A DNA stretch of 64,000 bases from Eledone cirrhosa (taxonomy: Eukaryota): NCBI GenBank assembly GCA_964016885.1, contig OZ024740.1, positions 313,100,001 to 313,164,000 of the forward strand, in the 5' to 3' direction. The position numbers and the translations under genes are program-made. The notes below the pieces were generated by a model. It had not been told where the DNA came from and made no database searches. It saw only the letters and a program-made list of their open reading frames with translations. Positions 1 through 13,026 of the stretch are shown piece after piece. The first letter of the stretch is position 1; the number at the start of each line of letters is the position of its first letter.

Positions 1-103
1 AACTATATTGTTTCTTTTCAAGGACTATGTTGAAAAATAAACCTCATTTGGTCATTCCCTGAGAGTATCTTGGTCAGTCTATGAACTTTTCAGCCGACCC
101 TCA
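1..103. mobile_element. Tc1/mariner-type MITE, cut by the window edge
   Basis: Right TIR gtcagtctatgaacttttcagccgaccctca followed by ta. Confidence 0.78.
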
Positions 104-769
104 TATAATAGAAACAGATTGAAGCGCAGTTATTTGGCAATATTTTGTAACTATTTTAGTTTTTCATGCTGTTAAGAGTCACTAGTTATCTTAACAAATT
201 ATTAGTATCATCATCATCCACTATACTTCAACAATGCAAGCTGTTATGGAAGTTCTCTTCTTCATCTCTCACTGCTCAATTCCTACCTGGTAATGATGTC
301 TGCTGTTTTAGTAAAGTTCACTGTGTCTCATTACAAGAGTGAAGAAGAGTCATAAAAACCTTGTACAAAGTGAATTACATTTAACAATGTAATTTGTTAA
401 ATGTCAGGGTTGCAAAATATCTCAAATGTGTGTGTTGATTTCAGCACAGCACTCATAGATTAGCAGAGTTGTTAGAGAATCAGTATTTAGCTACAGCCAT
501 TTATGTTCTAACCCTTTACTATTTACATTACTTTATATTTTCACGGTAAACACTTTGTCTCGCATAATATTTAATCTATGAGATTTTGAGAATAATACCT
601 TAATATCAGTATGAGCGACCAGTTACAACCGGTTTGAACAGAAAGGGGTGAGAGAATTCTGGCCAGATATGACCAGTTTAAATCTCACTGATGACAGCTT
701 TGCCTTTTATTCTTCAGGGTTTGATGATCAATTAATTCCTACCATCATATTTCTGGCCTTGTTCCTATG

Positions 770-1124
770 TTCTGCTTCTTCGCTCACTTAATCCTGGGAG
801 GGCCGAGGAGGCAAATCCTCAAACACTCCTTCCAGGGGTCCTATCAGAAGCAAATGTCTCCAACTGATTCGGTTGGATCCCCAAGTGAGATCAGCCAAGC
901 TCATGGAAGTTATCCAATCATCTTGCTCGGGGTCTACCCCTGGGCCTCCTACCAGTTGTTTTTGCTCATAAAATCTGTCCAGCGATTCTTTCCTAAGACA
1001 TTCTAACCCCATGCCTGTAATATCAGAGCTGTGATCTCTCAATTCAGGGAAGTAGTGGCTCTACCTTGAGTGACTCTCTGATTTCTGTGCTGCAACACAC
1101 TTACATGTAAGCAATTATTATTAT
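770..1124 (+). repeat. dispersed repeat, probably a decayed non-LTR 3' end with a (TAT)n tail
   Basis: Similar sequence at 11290-11435 (+) and 10912-10982 (-). Confidence 0.5.
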
Positions 1125-2053
1125 CAGCACAACATAAGAAATTATCATTAAGGTGTAGATCCTAGAAACAGTAGGATATGTTCTAAATCTAAATAGAAAT
1201 CAACTTTGAATTTCTTCTCTCAAGCTCAATTAAATATGAGAGATCAGTTGAATAAACAATAACCCTCCTCTACAAATTTGAAGAATTAAACAAATGACTC
1301 AGTTACTGATCTCACCTCAATGTTAATATAGTTAAACAGTGATAGGTGTCATGTTTCAGGATGTTTCCAGAAGCAAGTTATATTTTAAGTGAGATACATA
1401 GAAAAATATGTTATCTATAGTCATACGATTATGGTAAGATCAGGCTTCTGCTTGCTACTGTTACCATGTAACCCAGTATAACCTGTTTCATGGTTCGAGA
1501 CTAAATTGTCTCCCCCACCAGACTCTGGTTTGGTCAGGTCAGGTTTCTGCTTGCTACCATGTAGCCTAATACAACCTGCTTCATGGTCTACAGTAACGTT
1601 TAGGTGACAAAAGAAAATCTAAAGTGAGTCAGTTAATTTTTGTTGACAATAATAAAACAAATAATAATAAATTAATTAAAAGATAAAATGGAAAATAAAA
1701 TTGACAGTTCAAGACCACAGAACCCTACAACTAACATCACAGGAAGAGATGCAGAGTAGACAATGAATTATGAGAGTAAAAATATTTAAATAAATCAAAT
1801 TTATAGGGTTGAATGACTTGTGAGATTTGTAAGTGTTATTTCTTTTAATTTAATGTTTGGAAGATTAAAGACAAAGGTAATTTTTCTTTAACTATTGGAG
1901 TTATAATACTTTACTTGTAATAATCAAACAGATTTCTTAATAGATATTTGGCTCTATAAGCTGGGTTCAGGTACTTTAATGTAGGAACCAGTGGTGCATA
2001 CACAGTAAATATGTTGTTGTTGACAAAGACCTGGTTCATAATCACAAGCTAAG

Positions 2054-2215
2054 AGGGTGGGCTGAAAAGTCCATAGGCTGACTATGAAGGACTGATGCCA
2101 GAGCTGTGAAATGTTACATGCCTTAATTTCAACTCTTCTTATTAAAAAATAAACCTCATTTGGTCATTCCCTGAAAGTATCTTGGTCAGTCTATGATCTT
2201 TTCAGCTGACCCTTG
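2054..2215. mobile_element. Tc1/mariner-type MITE
   Basis: Same TIRs and interior as 21985-22182, reversed. Confidence 0.8.
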
Positions 2216-3357
2216 TATATTTAAGGAGAAAAATAGTTAGTTATATTCAGAGAAGCTCAACAATATATGGTATTAACATAGATGTGAAATATGTATGAGT
2301 CTGACAGGATCAGTTCTAATAGTTTACAGCAGTACTATTTATAGCTAGTTAAATACAGTTGTAAGATGTGAAGTTGGTGCATTAAGGTTTGGTGCTAACA
2401 CCAAATCTCCAATCTATTCACTACTCAAAAAGAAAAGCTCAGAGATGATTTTGAAATTCCATTTTCTGTTTTTTTTTGACAAAACTAAGTTGGTTTCAGG
2501 TGGCAAATTGGCAGACTTATTATAATGCCTGATAGAATGCTTTGTGGTATTTGTTTCAGCTTTCTGCTCTCTGAGTTCAAATTCCTCCAAGATCAACTTT
2601 GCTTTACATTTATTCAAGGTCGATAAAAAAAGTACCAGTTAAGTACAGGGGTCAATTCTTCCTCTATATCTCTTTCTCACTTCTATTCTTTCACTCTCTA
2701 TCCTTCTCTGGAAGAAATTTGCTATATTCAGACCTGGAAAAGAGATGGGCTTGGCCAAAAATGCTCTAGAAACGCCATATGTCAATATGTACTTATTTGT
2801 TCATCTGGGTACATGTTAAAATAATATTTGTTTCTACTATTGGCACAAGGCCAGCAATTATCCCAGTGTATTACTGGTGCTTTATTTTATCGACTTGATT
2901 TTTAATTTGCTTCATATTTCCATTCATTATTCAGCAAACATTTGGGATTTTTATAATTTACTGTCGTTCATATCTCATTATTTTATAAATATAGTTTTCA
3001 GATCAAATCTTCATTTTCTAAACAAACTCCCCTGCCATAGATTCTGGCCTTTTTCCTATAGTAAAAAATATATTTAAAGCAATGTATAGAACATATATAA
3101 GCAAATTTGTTATTCATAAGTCATCAACATTGTTACTAGCTTTGTAACTGACACTCTTGTGGACATGATAAGAAGAAGAACATTGTTACCATTTTGAAGC
3201 TTTTTTCAAGGTAAAAGGTAATATATATTTCATATCTAGGAGGTTTGGGTCATGTTAACTTTTAATAAGTGAGTAAAGAAGGTTCCAATGTTCCAGAGTT
3301 AGTTTTCTCAAGCAATTATTTTAAAATATAATAGTATCTTCAATACTACTTGTACCA

Positions 3358-3588
3358 ATTGTTAGCTGTTGGGACACTGCATCCTTCAAAACTTCCATGC
3401 TTCCTGAAATTTTCCAACACAACACCTGATATCCCTCCTCCATAGACACACACACACGTGTGTATATCATAACCCATACACTGTTCACTTTCCTGACATT
3501 AGTATATTATTCTATGTACTATACATGCACATTTGATGAGTTGTAGTGCATCTGAGCACTGTACACAATAATTTCCATTATTATTATT
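3358..3588 (+). mobile_element. CR1-group LINE 3' fragment
   Basis: Matches the ORF2 end, 3' UTR and (TAT)n tail of 28037-28261. Confidence 0.88.
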
Positions 3589-5068
3589 CAGGTCAAGAGC
3601 AAAGCAGGATGGAGCAATTGATGAAATGATGGTGATATTCATTTCAGTCATAATATAATTTTAAGGTATCTCCAGTATTTGAACTATACAAAATAAGATG
3701 AGTACACAGACAATCATGACATAATCATAGAACTTTATCTTAGATTCAAGGCATTTCCACTTCTGTTGAGCAGTTTAACTGGTCACCATCAAGACCTGAC
3801 TGTATAGCTGAGCTCTTCCATAAAATCCAAACATCAGCAGCCTGTCTGAGGAAAGAGCCCTGTGAGGTAGGGTGGCTGTTGCAGTTGGTGTTGCTGGCCA
3901 CTATCTGCAGAAATGCTTCTGCAGTTTTGTCTATGGGGTGCAGCTGAAACACCACTTTGACCTAGGCAACCTCTCCCCTTCCCCCTCTCTTTCTTCTGTA
4001 GCCTGCTCTTTCCCTCCTTTTCTTCTCATTTATGGCATTTATAGTCCTTTCCTTTACTTTCCTATACAGCCAGATCTGCCCTTCTTTACACCACCTCTTT
4101 TTTTTCATTATTTACATAATTATGAAAACTTAATAAATAAAAAAAAAAAATGCTGCACTTTTATTTTTAATGGTGGTGCCCCAGCATGGCCTCAGCCTCT
4201 CAGCCTGGGCACGTAATAGAATAATAGAGAATCTGTTGAGAGTAATTAATCTGCAGTATTGTTTTCAACTTTCAGTATTAGCCTCAGTTATAAAATGTCA
4301 TCCTATCCTGAGTAGTTATTTCAGATATTGTTCAGGGTGAGTGTTCAAGCTGTTTAGTGATGCATGCTGGGTGAAACTTGCCATAACATAGTTGTAAAGT
4401 ATAGTTGCAATATAGGTAAGTTAAAAAAGACCAAGCAAGAAACATGTAATCCAGTCAATTCAGACAAGATAATGCATGGTAGGAAATGTTGAAAATATAG
4501 TTAAACAAAACTATCAATTCATGCAAAAATGAGATGATGAATGAATGAGTTAAATTGTATTGGTGAATAGAGTCCAGAACCTTGGTTTGATTTTCAGTGT
4601 TATTAGTGAATAACTATCATAACATTACAGCCCCTTCCTCTTATAAATCATTGTCTTGTGATTATATGAGAAATATATCTTCAAATATATAGAGAATATG
4701 ATACTGATGTTGCTTTTATAACAGCAGAGTACTCTTGGGTCACAAATAATGGGGTGGGGGTTTGGAATAAGCAGAGGAGTTAAAAAATTGGTAATTTTTC
4801 TATGTTGTCTGAGTCGATTTTTAAAAAAACCAGAATTAGTTGTTTAGTTTACATATTGAGACTCTAAACCATCCTATTTATTTCATAATGTGTGGGATTT
4901 CTAGTAATGTACTTTTTTGTCATGTATAATGTTTTTTAATATATAAAGAAAATTAATTGTTGCAATAAAATAAAATTTCACCAGAGATAGATTAGCAAAA
5001 TTTATACATACAAACATCAGAACATACATACATACAGACATAAAATATAAACATGCATGACATGTACT

Positions 5069-5194
5069 TCCGCCAACACTACAGCTAACACATACACACA
5101 TGTACTTCCCTGACATTTGTGTATTATTCTATGTACTATATTGACGAGTTGTAGTGCACCTGAACACTTTACACAATAATTTCATTATTATTAT
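5069..5194 (+). mobile_element. CR1-group LINE 3' fragment, short-UTR variant
   Basis: Matches 48336-48456, including the shortened 3' UTR. Confidence 0.85.
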
Positions 5195-5250
5195 ATGTGT
5201 TTATGTTGTATATGTATTTATATATATGTATGTGTGTATATATAAATATA

Positions 5251-5372
5251 TCATCATCATCATCGTTTAACGTCCATCTTCCACGCTAGCATGGGTTAGA
5301 CGGGAGTTGTCCCATTTGAGGCAAGGTTGGTCGGGTGACTGTGTCTTGCTCATATAAAACTATCTGGCAGGT
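5251..5372 (-). mobile_element. RTE 3' tail fragment
   Basis: Reverse complement of 29130-29253. Confidence 0.85.
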
Positions 5373-5406
5373 TAGGGTTATATGTGTATATATATATATA
5401 TATATA

Positions 5407-5939
5407 CCTTTGGCGGTACTCAGTAATAGAGAAGACCTGCCTTACCTAAATACAAAGTAAAACCTACTACAGCCAGTAGGCATCTCTAACAAAATACACC
5501 CCCGTCCCACATCCACACCGCCCCTTCAATGTTAAGTTATGTTGGTGCCACAACATCCAGGCCGAAACAAATGAGATCGTGTAGGTGTCACGACAAAAAA
5601 AAAACACACAGTCCACGCTGTAATGTGGCCGTGTAGGCAACACGGTAAAAACCTCCCAGCCCCACACTGTAAATGTGGTTGGTGTTAGGAAGGGCATCCA
5701 GCTGTAGAAAACCTGCCAGACAGTCCACGCTGTAATGTGGCCGTGTAGGCAACATGGTAAAAACCTCCCAGTCCCACACTGTAAATGTGGTTGGTGTTAG
5801 GAAGGGCATCCAGCTGTAGAAAACCCGCCAGGCAGTCCTATGCGAGCAAGACAATCACTCTTGCCTCAAGTGGGAAAACCCCCGTCCAAACCCATGCAAG
5901 CGTGGAACACGGACGTTAAACGTTGATGATGATGATGAT
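5407..5939 (+). mobile_element. RTE 3' UTR fragment with an internal duplication of about 110 bp
   Basis: Near-identical to 35130-35575, with the block cagtccacgctgtaatg...gctgtagaaaacc present twice. Confidence 0.88.
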
Positions 5940-6090
5940 ATATAACGAAGGAGTTGTGGTAAGGAACCAGATGGACCATAACGCACCAGAGTACTCAATA
6001 CTTAGGGTAGTAGAGTGAGTGATGGGAGAAAGAGTCCAGAAATAGCCGTCGAAACAGGTTGAGCTCTGCTGTCGGGGTCATACTTTCTCC

Positions 6091-6135
<45 letters not shown>

Positions 6136-6139
6136 ATCC

Positions 6140-6500
6140 CAGGTTCAATCGTGTGTAACCACAGTAAGTAAGGTACTCAATACATAGTAGAGTATAAACA
6201 TTTAATATAGAAATGGCTTCTACAGGACTAGAACTGTTTCATTCAAAGGAAATCATCAAGAAATCGGACTGTCAATGTGATATGGTGGTATTTATACAGT
6301 TTCTGATGGTAGGGGAAGGATGGTGATTAGGATGGGTGGAGGTCATTGGCTGATGGATTTAAAGAATAGGGATTCTTTGAAAAACTATATTTAGAGAAAA
6401 ATAGTGATACAGAATGATACAAATGCAGGCACTCCTAATATTCAAGGTTCATTTACTGTAAGCAAACAAAGGGTTTTCATTAAGTGTCTGTATCAACATG
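6140..6500 (-). mobile_element. Penelope-like element terminal remnant carrying a hammerhead-like motif
   Basis: Minus strand reads ccaat, tataaata, then a type I hammerhead-like motif. This order is typical of PLE pseudo-LTRs. Confidence 0.5.
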
Positions 6501-6576
6501 CTCTACTAAAGGGTAGTGAAGCCTGCAAATGGTAAGGTGTGTACAATCACACACACACACACACATATATATATAC

Positions 6577-6854
6577 CAGTCCCATCTGGGAAATGGCCAT
6601 GCTCAGTGTGTAGGAAAGGAGTAGGCAGAAACTCCATTTTATGTCCCAAATGCAAAGTATGGGTGCATAAAAGATGTAGTGGGATCACAGGTAAGCTAAC
6701 TAAGAATATAGATTTTATATGTGGCCGGTGCTCTGGTGCAATATATGAGCAGGACAACAAATCTTGCCTCAAATGGGAAAACTCCCGTCCAAACCCATGC
6801 AAGCGTGGAAGATGGACGTTAAACGATGATGATGATGATGATGATGATGATGAT
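6577..6854 (+). mobile_element. internally deleted RTE: PHD-like finger coding piece joined to the 3' tail
   Basis: SGKWPCSVCRKGVGRNSILCPKCKVWVHKRCSG...FICGRC followed directly by the family 3' end and (gat)n. Confidence 0.8.
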
Positions 6855-6859
6855 ACATA

Positions 6860-7003
6860 TGGAGGCACATGGCTTAGTGGTTAGAGCATTGGCCTTGCAA
6901 TCGAAAGGTTGTGAGTTCAATTCTCAGACCGAGTGATGTGTTGTTTCCTTGAGCAAGACACTTTATTTCATATTGCTCCAGTTTACTCAGCTGTAGAAAT
7001 GAG
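6860..7003 (+). mobile_element. tRNA-derived SINE with a CORE-like body
   Basis: A box tggcttagtggttagagc, B box gagttcaattc, then tccttgagcaagacacttt...ctcagctgtagaaatgag. A related reverse copy lies at about 9410-9592. Confidence 0.75.
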
Positions 7004-7273
7004 ATGATAGGGACTGGGGTCCATATCATTCCACTGCAAAGTGGTCGTGGAGGTGCCACGGCAAAAAAGCACCCAGCACTCACTGTAAATGAGGTTGGTG
7101 TTAGGAAGGGCATCCAGCTGTAGAAATCAAGCCAGAATCAGTTCCCGTCCCACCCTTGCAAGCAGGGAAAAACGGATGTAAAATGATGATGATGATGACA
7201 TACACACATATATATATAAACACATACACACAGATACAAACACATATATACACATACATACGTCTATACATTT

Positions 7274-7304
<31 letters not shown>

Positions 7305-7534
7305 CATACACATATATATATATATACAGACAGACATATATACACATTCTTCTATTGAATATGTATTTGGTATATATACACAATACACCATGTGTCTTGT
7401 ACAATCTATGGCTTCCCTCTCAATACAAACACATATGGGAGTAAACAAATATATACATACATAGATATACCAGCAGACAAACATAAGTATTTATACATAC
7501 AATACCCATACACACACACAGATAGATATATTTC

Positions 7535-8768
7535 TAACGAAGGCTTTTGACACAGTTAACAGAGATGCACTCTGGATAATACTTGGAAAAGTAAGATGTC
7601 CACCCAAGTTTGTGAGTATCCTAAAGCAGCTGCACAGAAATACGAAAGCTCAGGTCCCTTCAATGGTCAACTATCTGGGGAAACCCCAATTGACAACGGG
7701 GTAAAGCAAGGTGATATTCCTGCTCCTACGCTTTTCTCTATCTTCTTTGCTGCCTTGCTCACACATGCTTTCCATGATTGTGACAGTGGCATTCTCTTAC
7801 AGTTCAGAACCACTGGAAAGGTTTTCAATTTAAGAAAGTTTAATGCTAAGACAAAAACTTTTCAAGCTTTGATCAGAGACCTTCTTTACACCGACAACGC
7901 TGACTTCCTAGCACACACAGAAGCTGACATGCAACACATTATGGACCATTTCTTGTCCTCATGTACAGCATTTGGGCTTACAATCAGCCTTAAAATGACC
8001 AAAGTAATGTTGGAAGTAGTAGATAAATTTGTCTACTTGAGTAGCACACTCAAATTATGGCTCCTTGGATGCTGAAATACATCTGTGCATCCAGAAGGCC
8101 CCTGTTGCCTTTGGATAATTGGAAAAGAGAGTCTGGGCAAATCGAAACATTACCAACAATACCAAGGTGCGTGTGTGTAGAGATCATGTATTTTGTCTGT
8201 TCTTTTATACTCCGCCGAAACCTGACAGCATCAAGAACAACCTCAAAGAGCTGCCATTTGATATAGACAACTGGGAGGAGATAGTTCTAAATAGGGCTGA
8301 GTGGAGAAAGTGCATAAAGGGCAGTTGCAAAACTTTTGAGGAATGTCGTCTGGAACATAAACAACTGAAGCGTCAGCTCCGGAAGGGCTGTGCTCACAGT
8401 CTTGATGAAGTCATCAGTAGTCAGACATGTAATTTCTGTCAGTGTGTACCCCTCTCAAAGGCTGGTTATGTTAATCACCTGACGTCACATGAAAGGATAA
8501 CCACCTACAACACCACAAAGCCCTGGCGAAACAATGTGCGTGATATGTAACAAAGTGTGTAGAACTAGTTCCGGACTAAAAAACACATGGTGGTACATAA
8601 AAATTGTGTCCAACAGCGTGACCCCACCAGTCCTGTGGAAAGCACAACTCTCTTCTGTCACCTATGTCGTAAACCATGCAAATCTACAGCTGGCCTACAA
8701 AGTCATCTATGAAGTCATGGATGCAGATGGGATGATAATGAAAAATCAATAAGAGACGGCCAATCATC
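7535..8768 (+). mobile_element. degenerate RTE-clade LINE (RT + C-terminal C2H2 zinc fingers) with internal deletions
   Basis: KAFDTVNR, GVKQGDIPAPTLFSIFF, LLYTDN (YADD-like), LEVVDKFVYLSS, WEEIVLNRAEWR, followed by CxxC..HxxxH motifs. Confidence 0.88.
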
Positions 8769-8786
8769 TGTGAAGATGCTGGAATC

Positions 8787-8850
<64 letters not shown>

Positions 8851-10510
8851 ATGTGGTTGTGTGGGTCTCACGACAGAAAGCACCCGGCCCACACTGTAAA
8901 GGTGTCATGATAAAAACCACCGACTGAACACTGTAAATGTGGTTGTCATTAGGAACGGCATCCAGCTGTAGAAACCAAGCCAAAATCAGTTCCGTATGAG
9001 CAAAATATGGTCCTCCGACCTGGATATCTCACAAGACAGTACATCTTACCCATGCTAACATGGAAAATGAACGTTAAACGATGATGATAATGATGATGAT
9101 ATATATTTCATCAACATTAGCTATTGATGTAAACAGCAGTGAAAAAAAATCAATAATTATTGGTTTTGAACTAAAATATGTAAACAGCTTGGCAACAACT
9201 GGCTTCAAGATCTAGTTTCATCCTGTCGCCTAGTCGCTGAGTTAATATAAATTTTGGGCCAAGGCTGAGGAGTTTTAGTTGTTCTGTCAAGTCTGTGATG
9301 AGAGTTGTGGTATTGTTTGAAGTGTCAGTGACCTCAGTGGTGGTATATATACATATATCGACAAGATGCCAGACTTCATTTGCTTACCGTATGGGGTGGA
9401 ACTCATCAAATCAGACCAAAGAAACAATGTTTCCCTTGCTGATGCTATCTACTGGTCGCAACTCCTGGCAGAGGGAGTAATGTGAAATAAATTGTCTTGC
9501 TTAAGGACATAATGCATCATCCAGTCTGGGAATCAAACTCACAACCTCATGATTGTGAATCCAATTCTCTAACAACTAAGCCACGTGCCTTAAATATTAT
9601 AGAATCTGTAATATTACTGACTAACATACAAATAATAAAGACATAAATCTAGATTCAATATAGTTTTATATGCAAGGCTCTTTAAGTTTAAATGAGTAAA
9701 CTCTCTAACTAAAGTTTCTTTTAATTTAAAGGATTTTTCAGATGTCACCAGATTTCACTAACAGTTTATTAGTCAGCAGCTTTGACCAATTGGTGATCTA
9801 CACAATAAACACACCCAGTACATGCTGGAAAGTTGTTGGTGTTAGGAAGGGCATTCAGCAGTAGAAAGCTTGCCAAACAAGGGGTTGGTTGGACCCTTTA
9901 GTTGTGTCTAGGACATGACAACCTCCTTAGTTCTGGTGATCTAAATGACAAAAGCACCCAGTACATGCTGTACAATGGTTGGTGTTAGGAAGGGCATCCA
10001 GCTGTAGAAAACTTTCTAAACAAGGGTTGGGAGGACTTTCAGTTTCTGTCAAAAGACATGACAACTTCTCTACACTCCATATGACCATATATAAGCGGGA
10101 TACAGGACTCTTGGCCTGTCTAGGAAGTTAGTAGCCCTGCTTCACTACTGACTTGATCTATGTAGACACATCCAACCCTTGCTAGCAAGGAAAGTGGGCA
10201 TTAAATATTGATGATGATGGTGATGATGCAATTTAGAAGGTCAGATTCTAAGATACAAATATGATTATACAAAGAAAGAGAGAGATGGAGAGGGTGGGAA
10301 GAGGACATTGGGACGGGACCATAACTCAGACTTCACAAGCATTACTGAAATAAGATGACAGTTGAGTGGTCTCAATCAGTGGTCCAATGACATGGAAGTA
10401 ATCTGAGATCAAGCACGTATCATTCTGCCCATTTTATTCTATTTTTAGTTTAGTATCAGCTGTACAGTGTGACACTCAATATATATGTTGTGATTGCTGT
10501 TTAACCATGA

Positions 10511-10753
10511 AATAATGAAAATATTGTGTACAGTGCTCAGGTGCACTACAACTCATTAAAAAGTGTATGTATAGTACATAGGGTAATGTACAAACGTCAG
10601 GAAAATGAACAGTGCATGAGTCATGATATACACATGTGTGCATGTGTATGGAAGGGGTACATCAGGTGTAGTTTTGGCGAATTTCGGGAAGCATGAGGGT
10701 TTTAAAGGAAATTTCAGGAAGCATGAGGGTTTTAAAGGAATTTCGGGAAGCAT
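10511..10753 (-). mobile_element. CR1-group LINE 3' fragment with an internal 30-bp tandem duplication
   Basis: Reverse complement of the LINE 3' UTR. The unit gaagcatgagggttttaaaggaaatttc is repeated. Confidence 0.85.
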
Positions 10754-11895
10754 AAAGGCATTCCAACCAAGGTGATAGGGTGTAACAAGAGAAATTAGGT
10801 TGCTATTTCCAGTAGACTGAGCACGGTGAAGACAAATCTATTCTCCAGTCAAAAGTAATCCAGCCACAACCCTTCCATCTTTATATTTTATGGCTTAGCA
10901 TAATCAAAATGGACCTGCCAGGAGTTTTTGAGGACTCTGTCTCCACGACTCTCTCAGGAATAAGTGGGTGAAGAAGAAGAATTTATTTATTTTTTTCAAG
11001 ATTATAGGAGTGTCATTTGAAAGAGATTTCGCTGCTATTTCTAGCAAGACAAGTGATCATGGAGAGGTTGCTTCAGTCAAGTTTGTTGTTTGAATGTATC
11101 AGCTTCAAGCATTTGATTACCATTCATATAATACTTGTGGTGAGTGAAGCTAAAATAAATTGAAAGACTTAGTTGATATAAGAATAATCATTTAATGTCC
11201 ATTTTTCCATTGGCTGACATGGAGTGGCTGAATTATCACAGACAAATCCTCATTATGTTTTTAAAAGAGTTTAAAAATTAAGAGCTCAGAGCTTCTTCTT
11301 TGCCCACTTATTCCTGAGAGGGTCATGGGAAGGGGGGAGAGTCCTCAAATACTCCTTCCAGTACATCCTGTCAGAAAAAACCATTTCTTACTGATCTAGC
11401 TGGATCCCTAAGCAAGACCAGCCAAGCTCATGGGTTCCTAATATTCTATATACAGCTTTGTATTCAAATGCTAGGAATTTAGTATCAGATGTAGTGGTAT
11501 GACACTAAGATCAATATCATTTAACTAATATTAATCTTATCAAAGATATATAAAGTTTGGTTCAGAGCTTAGAGAGAAAATGTGTTGCTGTAACTAGTGT
11601 ATATTCTTGATTTATATTTGAGTAAGAGAAATAATTTGAAGAGAGAAGCTTTGCTGTCATGTAATTGTAGAAATTGTGAAATGAATGTCAGCCAAAATGT
11701 CACAGTGTTCTGAATTTAGCTTTGTGTACTAAGCAATGTCTCGTGTCTAAGTAGGAAGGTATAATGTGAGGAATATTAAGTAAACGTTGTACAGTATTAT
11801 TTCTCTGTAGATCTAGTCAGATCTTTTGTTTTAGCTCATCTATTGCATAACAGATACCCTCAGATCTTCAATAATCATGCCCTCCTCCTCTCCCA

Positions 11896-11901
11896 TTTAT
11901 T
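11896..11901 (-). promoter_or_regulatory. candidate polyadenylation signal AATAAA for SLC41A
   Basis: AATAAA on the minus strand about 1.1 kb after the stop codon. Other candidates lie further downstream, and there is no transcript evidence. Confidence 0.25.
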
Positions 11902-12482
11902 AAATTTTGCTAATCTATCTCCAGCAATTTAGTAGAATGACCTCTAAAAAAACACAGTGTCATGTAGAATCTATTTGTGTTTTGTAAAGGATAAAGAATT
12001 AGTAGATATTTAGCACTGAGGTATTTACAAAATCAAATTTTTGTAATATGTTGGTTACATAAATAAAAAAAAATGTCACATCTCCATGGAACATTAACAG
12101 AAATTGTTAGGTTTAGTATTTTCAAGAAATATATTGATAACAGCACAAGAGTTGCCTAGGTCAGACAAAACTCATAATGGATCAACCTCTGAAATGATGG
12201 TTAGATGCAGTAATGTACAAACAAATGCAAAGGCAAAAAATAGGAAATAATGTCTTTCTTTTCTTTATATACAACATAGTTTAGTGTCAGTCACCACCAA
12301 GTGGAAAATTCATATTTTCATTCATTACACAAATCCTTCATACAGATATCTTCAGATTGATTTTTTTCACAGACAAAATGCTCTTAACATTATATATACA
12401 TACATATATAACTATATATATGTGTGTGTGTATGTGTGTGTACATATATATGTAATTTTAAGAGTGTTTATATATATATAAA

Positions 12483-12513
<31 letters not shown>

Positions 12514-12561
12514 GTGTCGGTATATATATACATTTGTATATATATCATTTTAAGAGTCTTT

Positions 12562-12603
<42 letters not shown>

Positions 12604-12733
12604 TTACAAAATAAATTAATAGCTAACACTTTTTTTATATATAAACAATATTAATCAGTATACATTTGTAAGTGTTCATTACATTTTCACTTTAAAGTTT
12701 GTTTACAAATGTCTACCAATTAATATATATTTA

Positions 12734-12765
<32 letters not shown>

Positions 12766-13026
12766 AAATCTACATATAATATACATATAATATATATAAT
12801 ATAGTATATATTTATATATAAAATCTACATATAATATACATATAATATAGTATATATGTATATATATATATATATATAGAGATGTGTGTGTGTGCATGCA
12901 TGAATGTATAGCAGCATATGTGCTAGTTTGCACACATACATACATTAAAATGCATACATAAATATGAAATAAGCATTAAAAATATAATGAGGAGGAAGTA
13001 ATAGACATATAAACAGAAGGAATTGT

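Noticed and set aside
6860-6935. tRNA gene
   Set aside because: A and B boxes are present but there is no acceptor stem pairing, and the sequence continues into a SINE body.
7127-7484. ORFs rich in Y/I/C/V/H/T (also 12284-12945)
   Set aside because: Translations of (TA)n and (CA)n microsatellites.
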